Below, one piece after another: positions 53,201 to 64,000 of a stretch of 64,000 nt of DNA. Source of the stretch: Styela clava (Eukaryota); the NCBI RefSeq assembly GCF_964204865.1, contig NC_135251.1, positions 17,236,001 to 17,300,000 on the forward strand, read 5' to 3'. The position numbers and the translations under genes were made by a program. Numbering within the stretch: position 1 is the stretch's first letter; each line of letters opens with the position of its first letter. The notes beneath the pieces are model-generated. The model was not told the DNA's origin. It saw nothing but the letters and a program-made list of their open reading frames with translations, and did no database searches.

Positions 53201-56200
53201 GTCTGCTTACGTAGAATCAGACTGTCATAATAAATAAAACAATAATTAATACACTATATGTCGAGCAACAAAACGAATGATTACGGTATTTACGGTCTAT
53301 TGTGACAAGACTTGTCGTACGGTTCCATTACATTTGAACCCACGTACATTTGAACCCATGACAATTGCACCTGTATGCTATTGCACCTATGGATTTTTTT
53401 TTGTTTCACGGATAGTTAAACCCATACTAACCCTAACCCATGGGTTTTAGCACCCGCATATAGATTGAACCCGTGGATATACGCATGGGTTCAAATGTAC
53501 GTGGGTTCAAATGTACGGTCACCTTGTCGTACGCAATAGCGAAATTTTCAATCGAAAGCCAAGAAACGAATTATGTGACGTAATCATTCCGTAAAGAAGG
53601 AGCTTCAGGGTTATTGATATTCAGCGACATACATTGCCAACTTTTCGGTTTTACATTTTTGGTTTACTCTGACATCTTGCATTCCATATCCTTAGGACGG
53701 ACTAATGGGCTCTGCGAGATCTAGCAGAATAAAGACATTCCGATGACGCCGTTTCCGAAAATAAATCATTTTGGCATGCGTATCAATCGCACCTGTTCTT
53801 GTGTTATTTGCTTTGGGGAAATCATATAAGTCGGAGGCGCACGTTGATTTTTTCAGTTGGAGTTTCCGTAATTATCGCCAACAATCTTAATTTTTCGCAG
53901 TTTCGACAACTATCAACAGGTGAATGTCAATACTATCCAACCCGATAATTATCGCGCTTAGACTCTTGATTAATTACATCAGACACATCTTTATCTTATT
54001 GAAAGTACTTTTGTTTCTCGCAATGTCAAATGACTAAGCGTTTGGCCTAAATAACTAATCGTGATTTACGGACTAATATCAGGTCTCAACATTTTGTAAA
54101 TTTTTCTTCATCATTTTCTATCATAACCTATTTCTTATTTCTATCTACAGCGAAATTACGGTTACGGACTATACAGTTACGGACTACGGTATTGGCAAGA
54201 TCTGAAATAACATTCGCCCAACACTACTTTCAACAAACTTGCGGTCGAACAATCCACATTGTAGAAACGTTAACGTAAAAGGTTTCGACAATCAACAGCA
54301 GTTTTACGACTGATAGTGCGACTTTACAACGCCCGAACTCTAAAGAAATGTTCTCTTGCATGTTGAACGTCGTTCTAAATTGCCATATTTTCATAAACTA
54401 CATTGACAGAACGTAATTACCCAGTGTATGACTAATGCAATTAAATACACGTAATGTTTGTTCAAATAATAATAGTAATACCTTGATTGGGAAGTTTGTT
54501 GCTTATGTTTTTATTACTCTCTACTTTTCTCTTCTTTGGAGTAGGGAATACTGAAGATTCTGAATCCGTACTGTTTGTGCTTCCGCGCATTCTACGCTTG
54601 ATCATTTCTTGATTCAATGTACTTCCATAATAGACTTCATTAAAATTTGCATATTCGTCGCCAGATGATTCGGAGTCATGGTCCGTCATTCTGAAATTTC
54701 AAAATGCTATTATGTGTTGTATTCGGCGGTTTAGAATTAAACTTTTCTCTGACAAAATCGTGGTGAAGTAGTTAGATCTATTGATTTCATTGCTGCCTGT
54801 TGGGTGAGCATATTACCGTCATGCTACGGATTGTCTTATCATTAGCTAGTGGGTTGTATACTAAGTGTAAAATTGAAACTTCAAAAATTTGAGAAATAAA
54901 TTATAAATTTCACCTTTGATAAACATCAGCGTAAATCTTTCTTTTCGTAACTTCATCTTCTGAAGAAAGACTTGATGTTGTGCTCTTTCGAATTTCATCC
55001 CAATCAAATGATAACTTTGGGCATATCGTTTTCAAGTCAAACTTGAATGAAATCGGTTTTTTGTTTTGTAATACAGTAAATTCATTCGTTTCGCTCGCCA
55101 TTGTAACATATGTGGTGACATAAATTTTGTGGATCTTGTTTATATAACCGATTATATCTTTCGTGGGAAAATTAAAAAACTGATAAGAAATGTGTTATAC
55201 ATCTTATCAGCAATTGAAAGGATTGCTGATCAATCCTTTCATTTAGTAAAATTAAAAGAAATTCTCGATTGCTACTCAGATAGTACTTGATAACGATTAC
55301 CGTATCTTTTAAAAATTTGCACTCAGGTTGAAAATATAGACATAGATATCAAGACAAAATGTAATCAAAGGTATGAAATGTTGATCAAATCAAGTAAAAA
55401 TTTGAGTGTTCCGAAACTTTGTAATTACATTCGCACATATATTTTGTTATATCATGATATACAACTGAAAAGCCAGAAAAGTTTTCCGGTATAAAAACCT
55501 ATTTTTCGCGACACAAGAGTACCTAACGTAAGGCAAGATGTAGCAGAGCGACAATGCTGCTAAATATTAGGCGAAACTTGTTTTTATGCCTGTTCTCTAA
55601 TTGAACACTCCAAGTAAGTGGTCGAAACCTAGACATTTTGTTTCTGTTGACCTGAGCAATGAGCATCTCATCAATACACGTGCATTTGATTAAGTGAATA
55701 TATATATACTCAGTGGTGGGATTCAGCCGGTTCGCACCGGTTCTATAGAACCGTCTCGTGGAATTTTATGAGTACAGCGAACCGGTTAGCATCCCTGAAA
55801 AAACATGACTTTTTGTAACAGAAACGGCTGAAAAATATGACTTTTGTGATGGAACCGGCTGACAAAAAATTTGAATCCAACCACTGTATATACTGTATAT
55901 ATACATGGCATATACTTGGACTATGTTTGCAAAATCGAAGAATATAACAATGCTCATGGCAGCTATTTTTAGGTATAGAATCACGGCGGTGGTTCGCAAC
56001 CAATGGGGATTTAGGGGTTGTTAACGGGAAACAAACTCACACACAGTAAACACAATGAAAATCATAATACATGACACAGGGAGAAGAAAGCTGCCTATGC
56101 TGTCACAACTACACAAGAGTTTGATGAAACGTCCTGATGGTGTGATGTGTCATAATTGCGAAACGGTCGACACCAAATGACCACAAAATTCGATCTCCTA

Positions 56201-59200
56201 GATTGCTTCGAAAATGGCCTGTCTCCTGGCAGAGAGGTGTCACCTTTCCTCGCGATTAATACCAAAGCAAGCAAAAATTCCGCATACCTAGATCAAAATA
56301 ACGAGCACAATGGTGATAAAAACAACGAGCACGTGGTGATCAAAACAACGAGCACACGCCACACATCAATGAAGTATTTCTGGAATGGCCAACCAGTCAG
56401 AGACTAAGAGCCGCATTTCGTACTTCATTACCGCGAAGAGCCACATTATAAACAAGAGCACATGAACATCAGATATACCTTTATTCATCTCTGCTAGAAT
56501 GATAGTTTTTTGTGAATGTCACTAACCACGAACTTTCTGTAAGCCACGCCCTTCCACCAGTTGGTTGGCATAAAAACAGTTGAACATCCGACGCACAGCA
56601 CGACTGTTTGAGCGTGACTGAATACCGTCGTAATCTTATAGCAACCTGGGCACTTTACATCCATGAAATACGAGTTTGGTTCTTGTGACATCTGGTCCCT
56701 ACCATTAAAGCGCAATTGAGCTGGTCTTCGTCATAAAGATTTGATCATCTTCAACTCAGTTGCAGCCTCATCTGAGACTAGAGGGAATTTCAGGGGTGTG
56801 CTATTGTTTGATTTCTTCCAAGCATTATTCTTTGAAAACAAGTATAGAATAGGCATTGTGGAGATGAGAACGTTTCTAGCTCGCCCAACAAAAAAAAGGG
56901 ACAACAATATACTACGCACAATTTTATTGGAATGTGCTTCGGGAGCACATTCTCCAGGTCCCTTGGAAGTTTTTATATACTGTATATGTAATTAGTTTTT
57001 TACTCTTCCTGTTACCAAGTAACCAATATGGGTCAGCATAATAAATCACTAAAGATAATATGTTTCGATTATAAAATGCAGTTTTTTATTTTATCATTTT
57101 CATCCGCATCCGAGGTAAATGTGCTTGTCGCTGTCTTTCTGGTATTTTTTTCCAACTTTGCCTTTTTACACGATGGTACTTGTAACCTGTGAAAGAAAAT
57201 TTTAATACAACATTTTTGTAATCTTATAAACCAATGGTTAAATATAGGGAACTTTGTTATCACAATTTTGATGTTGGACATTGACAAACGAGTCGAACTA
57301 ATAGCGTACTCGAAATTTTATTTTGAAATGATGGCAATTTTCTCAAAGTGTTAATAGCACATCATAAAACATAGCTCTGAATAAGAAGCAACGGATATGT
57401 GAGAAGCTATCGTGTATGTAAATGAAACACATTCTAGATTTACAATGTGTCCTGATTATTGGGCCCGAAGTGTTAATATGGTGTGTTTTGCTAAATTGTT
57501 GTTGTTGACTTGTTGTCTCCATAAAATAATGCACCAATCGTTTTCAAATTTACAGCACTTAAATATCGTTTATTCCTCTAGAAGGCTATCACTTTTATAT
57601 TTTCCCGACGCCTATAAAATTCGATATTTCATGCAAAATTTTGTTATCACTGCAAATACTGCGCCGCCGCGTGGCGTCACTTCAAATCTCCCTCACATCT
57701 TTCCGACAAAGTCTTTGCTGTCTTCTCAACTCCAGTACTACCAATGTTAATGCGGCGGTTAGACTTGATTTGAAGCTTTCGAATGATCATATAACGGATT
57801 TCATTCTAAGTCTCATGGGTACTGCAGTTGGTATTCGTGTTCGTATATTTGAGCATTGTTCTTTTGTTTGGAAAAAAAATTATGGTTTATTGGACCGCAA
57901 TTGTAATTATATATATTAGACAACTTCAAAATGCGCTGTAAAAAGAAAATAACCATGTTTTTGAGCATACCAGTCAAACAGATTATTACTAAACAAAAAG
58001 GGTACCCTCGTAGTATGTGATCCAAGATGGCGGACACCGGAACGTAGTATGTGTACCAGGTAGGGTTAGGCCATAATTTCAGGTACAAATACTACGGGAG
58101 TCACTTGGATAGTCCCCGAACTCGTAATAGAACTAAACTAAGGAAAACTGGATTAAAATTATGGCCTAACCCTAACCTGGTACACATACTATGTTCAGGT
58201 GTCCGCCATGTTGCTTCACATACTACGGGAGCGCCACAAAAAGTGTGAGAAGTACGTTACCTATATTTTTCTAATGCAAGCGACTCCTCCAGAGTTTCGG
58301 GAAGGGGTAGATCTTTTGTTTCGGGCAACAAGAGCGTTACAATTGACGCGACTAGAGCAATACCGCTTAAAATCAGAAATGGAACCAACTTCGAACTTTC
58401 ACCTGTAAATTACGAATAATACCACAATATGCTAGGTTCGGTACATATTAATACAGCGCCCAGTTGTGGCAACTCATATAACTGTAATCTTATCCTATGA
58501 AGAGTGAATAATCTGGGTCAAGCTTACCAGTGAAAGCAATAAACGGCGCCATCAAACCACCAAAACGGGAAAGCGTTGCAGAGAATCCAAGTGCCGTGTT
58601 GCGGAGTTTTGTTGGAAAAAGCTCAGCTGGATACAAAAAAATCATTGCCATAGTAGATGAAATAAAAACCTTTCCGAGCATTGCAAACGCAATACTTACT
58701 GCGTTATCTGCAATAGGAAGTAAGATGATCAAGCTCATTTCAAACAACTTTGGAATAGCATTTCGAGTCTTTCGCTAAGCTATTCATGAAAATCCACAGT
58801 TTATCAACCAGAACAATATTCGCTACATATCTGATACTTTTTACCATATCATTACACAGTAGGCCCACGGTATTATGCAGTAAGTTTAACTCACAGTTGC
58901 CAAACACCGGGCAGAGTATTGAGCATAAACATGATATTGCATATGCTGCGGATAACGTAGATCTTCTACCAAATTTTTGCAGAAAATAAGGAGCAAAAAT
59001 CCAGCCAGGAAGTTCTGCAGCGGCGGAAATAAAACAGTTCCAGTATTTGTTTCCTTCAAGGTTTGACGTATTAAATCCAAAACCATAATAAGATGTCAAA
59101 GTCGCGGTGCTATAACAATAGGAAATCAGGAGTTAACTAAAAATCTCCGTTTCTGACAAAGCTGTCCAATCTACGACAAACATTATTTATCCTATGTAAT

Positions 59201-62037
59201 TTTAAAGTGAAAAGTCTTACATAATCCAACTGATAATGAAGCATCGCTTCAGCAATACTCGGTTTCTTAAAAGTATGATGAAATGAGTCTCCTTTGAATC
59301 CTTACTTTTTGTAGTCTGAATTGTGAATAGATTCGGTCAACACTAGTTTTAACGTGCTCTTTAATAATTGAAAACTAATACCTACACTAGATTTTGCGGG
59401 TGACGAAATCAAAAATATATTTTGCCTCAAAAGCTTTTGATTTGTCGTATTTTTTCGCATGATGAATTTCATGACTTTTGTAGCTTCAGCAATGCGACCC
59501 TTACTTGCAAGCCATCTTGGAGATTCAAAAATAATCCTTCATAACAAAATAAGTAATTATATATAGGAAAACATATTTAACATGATGAATAAAATGGTTC
59601 GAATAAGCTGGTAGGCGTGGTTATTTATTTGGATTTCATCTCCCAAAATACCATGACGGAGACAGCCACGTTGTAAAACCAAATCTAGTATGGCTATGAT
59701 TGTTCTCAAACATACTATTGTGAAATCATTTTTTTGTTTTCAACCTCTTAACATCGGGCTCAAGCTTAAATTCGCTATTTCAACTTACATTATTTGAAGA
59801 CTTACCAACAAGAAGGAATGTACAGAATACCAATCAAGCCAACGACTCTCAAAATCCATCGCCAATCTTGACATAGATATGCGATTGCTGGGACCAGCAT
59901 GTACGAGAAAGATTCAAAAGAATAAATAAGACAGCTGATTGTAGCTCGTTTGTCAGTTTTGACCAATTCTTGTACTGATAAATTAAATTTATATGATAAA
60001 TTCCGACAAGGCAAACCAGCTACATTGCTGAAAAGAACAGGGACCTCGTGACTCAGTTTCGGAGTTTCGAGTTTTGAAAAATGTGTAGCGTGATGCTTTA
60101 TTTCCCTGTTTATTTGTCTTGCGGTGTGTATGACCTACAATTTCGAACAACGAAATTAATCTTTTGTACAATATTTAAAAAAATGCAAGTTGTCAAATTG
60201 GGCATAAAGAGAGTTAATTTGGTAACACTCTTGATGCAATGTATGTTTGCATTAAACTAAAGCCCTAAAACAATAATAATAAGTAATTTATACCTACAAG
60301 AATTTGATTATGTCTTACCATATAAAAATGCTGTACAAAATGCTGCTGCGTTGATTGCTCCTAATAACGTAAACCATATGACACAAGATGCAAAGTTTGG
60401 CGCAAAGCTATAAGCGATCATCAGTGACGATATAATCATACCGTAAATAATTGTTGGCTTCTTCCGTCCAAACCTGGAATTTCGTAAGAGTTATTTTCGA
60501 TTAATGGTACGTATAACTGGCGTAGTTTTGTGCAACAAGGCTTTGGGATTTATCTTTAAATGTTCAAATGTTTCTCCCAGTGATGAGAATGTCCATGGAG
60601 TCTATAGAGGCGAAAAATAGCAGCTAGAAGATTATTACTTTTTAAAAGTTTTTAAGAGTCAATTTTGACTGCTGTGTTTCCATTCATGGGAACACTTTTT
60701 ATAAAATATGGGCATATGACATTTTATTGTGTCACTTTTTTATTATATGCACGTGACCATCGTGCTAATGTTTTTGAGCATTCTACTTTTGTTTCCTAGT
60801 TAGTTGTTTGTAATCAAGTTGGATTTCAAGAGATGTGCAGTGTTTAGCAAATCGCTGTAGCCTACTTTATAATCGGCGTTTTTACTGTAATGTTAAAATT
60901 TCTAGAAAAGTAAAAATGTTTTTGTTTTGAGAGACATTTGTTGCTTAAAATAAATCTTGCATTCAACTTCATAGTTTTTTTTATGGTATGCAAATTGAAC
61001 AAACCTGTCAACTATCATCCCTGCAATCAGACCACTAAACATTGGCCCTGCTGAAAATCCAAGCGTCAGAAGAATTCTTTGCCAATCATCATTACAGACC
61101 AAGTCAAACTAAAAACGAATCATGACTCCTGGTTGAGCTGAGAGGATGACTATTTAGGAAATATAAAAACACCATTTACAATCTTTTATCGTCGACTCAT
61201 ATAATATTATTTCTTAGCAGATGATTTGAAGGAAAATGTAATTTTAAATGCAGTTAATAGATTGCTCTTTACCTCCTCTGTCCCAGTTTTTACCCCATCT
61301 TTTGCATTGTATACCCATCCGTCTTTGCAATATTCATTAGCATAGCTCCCGGTGGTGTTAAGTGTGATGTTGTGGTTTGAAACATTGACATACCTAAATT
61401 TAACTGTGACGTTTTACGTTTACCGGATATCCCAAAAAAAATCTCTTCTAGAATTGAACATTGTTGTATATATATATATATATATATGGTGACCGTACAT
61501 TTGAACCCATGTACATTTGTACCCATGCGTATATCCACGGGTTCAATCTATATGCGGGTGCTAAAACCCATGGGTTAGGGTTAGTATGGGTTTAACTATC
61601 CGTGAAACAAAAAAAATTCCATAGGTGCAATAGCATACAGGTGCAATTGTCATGGGTTCAAATGTACGTGGGTTCAAATGTAATGGAACCTATATATATA
61701 TATTCGCATAATATCATGTTTGAGGCAGCTACTGAATTATGATGCCACAAAAGCCAACAGAATTTAAGATCGAAACGCAAATACAATGAAATAAACATAG
61801 CATATATCATCAAAAACATACCTTTTGCATTTTGAAAATTCATTCCCATTCGGTCCCTCATGTGGAATGTAACGTAACAAGATTGATCTCGAGATATTCC
61901 TTTCTATCTGAAAACATGTTTGCATTATTTCAAATGTAGTTAAAATAATATAGAGGATGTCGGCTCCGAGGGCCACAAAATTATTTTTGCATTGTTCGCG
62001 AGCCACAATAGTGCCAAGAATAGGTAAAACAGTGCAA
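44219..62037 (+). repeat. Tandem segmental repeat, copy 3 (30 bp longer; distal 3.3 kb diverged)
   Basis: Offset +35572 up to ~59.6 kb, then +56, -18, -6 and -2 bp indels. Ends at GTGCAA (62037), followed by unique TACAAAAC. Confidence 0.98.
47224..55101 (-). CDS. RGS3: RGS3-like gene, copy 3 (complete)
   Basis: Copy 1 shifted by +35572; no differences seen. Confidence 0.88.
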
Positions 62038-62775
62038 TACAAAACAAACACCTTTATTGTGCAAACACATAGTTATCAGGCATAGTCATTCTAGGCTAAT
62101 AGAATCCGCATTCGATTTTTAGTTTTCCTATATTGTTTGCATATATTCCCGACCAAAAAGTTAAAAAGCCAGATAACAATTTGGACCGCCAAGCACATCA
62201 TTCAACTTCGCTAGTTTCCCCAACTATCCATAACACTATTTAATTCAGTGATAATAGTGATGACAATATGTCAAAAAAATTTTCTGATTAATTTTATGAC
62301 GAAACAACATGAAATGCGATTTTTTGATTACTCTCCGAATGTGACGCGGGCCACAGATAATGAAGCGGTGGGCCACATGTGGCCCGCGAGCCTGGGTTTG
62401 GACCACCCTGATATAAAGCATAACAAATAAATATAAAATAACAAATAAAGGCCGTTCATGGAGCCAACGGATAACTGGTTCACTTGATGAGGCTCTTCCA
62501 AGCATTTGAGTGATGAGTGCCTTTAGTGTTGAGACGGAAACTATAACCTTTGTCATACCTTCAGTGGATCAATCAGTAAACATTACATATATACATACCT
62601 CATCGACAGCTGGAATGTAGCATCTATGATCTGGTATATCAAAAATGAAGACCGATGTAAAATTTATTGCTCCAACTTGAATTGCAATCAGAAATATTGA
62701 TAGAATACCAAACTTGTGATGCAAGTTGAAACCATCACAATTCTCAAATATTGACTCAATGTCAATGGACAACAT
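57069..62775 (-). CDS. SLC22 (organic cation/carnitine transporter-like, MFS) gene, complete, 12 exons
   Basis: Exon 1 62599-62775 (MLSIDIESIFENCDGFNLHH...PDHRCYIP), exon 2 from 61907. Motifs: CKDGWVY, FDLVC, DRFGRK, ELVK, DWRW, FESPRWL, YYGFGFNTSNL, ELPG, KFGRR, AELFPTKLRNTALG, LPETKDLPLPET. Last exon RLQVPS...CIL*. Subfamily cannot be assigned by eye. Confidence 0.92.
61956..62410. mobile_element. hAT (Charlie-like) MITE in SLC22 intron 1 with damaged left end; contains the right breakpoint of the triplication
   Basis: Right end GGGCCACATGTGGCCCGCGAGCCTGGGTTTGGACCACCCTG followed by ATATAAAG (62411-62418). The left flank is ATATAGAG here and ATATAAAG in copies 1/2 (26346-26353). GGGCCAC/GAGCCAC subterminal repeats on both sides; left TIR missing. 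Confidence 0.7.
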
Positions 62776-64000
62776 TCTACCCTTAGGTATATATATATAT
62801 ATATGTTTTTATCTTTTAAAATTCACGTCTTTGGGAAATCATAACAAATTTGTGGAAGGAAAACGCCCAAGCGATAGTTAAAAAAGAGTGACATTGAAAA
62901 TCAAAACTACGTTGTCCTAAATTTTCCTTCTGTTAGCCTTGCAAGACCTGACTTCTTCCAGCGATTACATAAGATAAGGTCTCTCTCAATAAATTAAAGA
63001 TGATTTGAGAATATATTATTTGATCGTTATTAACTTGTGAAATGATATCAAACAACAATTCATAAACTGTGTGCTTTTTCTTGCTGCTGAAATCCACAAT
63101 CCAACCCGACGGTGTAACACCCGCTTATACAAGCTGTTTTTACTGTATCAAATCTGAAAACGATAAGCGTAACAAATCAATCGTTTCCTCGAATGGCGCT
63201 ACGTAGCCTGCCCTAAGTGATGACACGCTGCCAAACGAAGTCAACTGCATGTGCGACAATTATTAGGGCATTATAAACCATAAGTAAACACCGTAATAGG
63301 CTGTTAGAATAATATATTTGTATATATAAGAAATATATTAATTTTTTTTGTTGGTTGTGTTATTGAGGATAGTTTTTCTTTGGCCGTTACGACAACGATG
63401 ATCACGGTACTGCCGTATCAATACCTATTCTCCAAATCTTCATCAGTTACTTCGAAGATACAGTTTGGAGCGAGCTGCGGTCGCTATGCAGTTCTTTGCA
63501 ATATAATATAATGTTTCGGTGCTGTATTACTATAGAGGAAGATGGGAGCAGTCCAATCCTTAGCTTGATCGCACCATCTTTCTGCGCTTGCCTGATTTTC
63601 ACTCCCAACAAAAAAATACAAAGGTATCAGACTTCTTCAGCACACAATGGATATTTATATTATTGCCAATCTGATCGTCACAATGCTACAGTAACTCATG
63701 TATATATACTGTTCTTTTCTGTCTGTATGATTAATTCCAGTAGAGTGCTTTGCCCTACCTAATTGACCCTCAATGTGAGCTGTAATTCATATTAATGCTA
63801 TATGTTTATATTACCCGTCTCATATGTATTTTACCGTGTGGCCTTCAAACACACCCCTTTAACATTAACGCAAAGCAAATGACTGTGGTAACTTACCACT
63901 CAGGCTCAATTATTTTACTCAATTCAGCATTTTTTGGGTCTCGTGTATTTTCTTACCTCAATTACTTACTAGAAAACTCATTGTCATCGCCACAGACGTT

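Noticed and set aside
8647-62037. The 17.8-kb unit as a giant transposon or endogenous virus (Polinton, Teratorn, Helitron array)
   Set aside because: No transposase, integrase, polymerase, capsid or Rep-helicase, and no terminal repeats or TSD at the unit ends. The content is ordinary host genes and the ends cut through pre-existing MITEs.
63424-63960. Possible 3' exons of another minus-strand gene at the right edge
   Set aside because: Splice-like signals and short open frames exist, but I see no recognisable homology or consistent phase chain.
1-64000. Most 60-115 aa ORFs in the supplied track
   Set aside because: They are antisense shadows of exons, intron read-throughs or chance ORFs in MITEs. 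Their recurrence only reflects the triplication.

Overview
AT-rich, intron-rich eukaryotic (animal) DNA. The compact introns and dense MITE content suggest a marine invertebrate chordate such as an ascidian, but that is inference. All recognisable host genes are on the minus strand. The window holds the 5' part of TTC13 (ATG 6990, running off the left edge). Positions 8647-62037 are a direct tandem triplication of a 17,786-bp unit joined through a 3-bp CAA microhomology, with both breakpoints inside two different non-autonomous hAT elements. Each unit carries a complete 16-exon RGS3-like gene (C2-PDZ-RGS, about 852 aa) that the ORF track mostly misses, plus exons 2-12 of an SLC22 transporter. 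Only the right-most SLC22 copy keeps exon 1. Each unit also has a THAP-domain fold-back transposon with nested insertions, an RPS27 gene fragment, a degenerate Penelope-type hammerhead motif and several MITEs. Copies 1, 2 and most of copy 3 look identical in spot checks, while the last ~3.3 kb of copy 3 switches to a diverged haplotype. I found no prokaryotic-type system (CRISPR etc.) and no clearly novel gene system. The most unusual features are the very young amplification and its consequences, and the self-healed THAP fold-back element.
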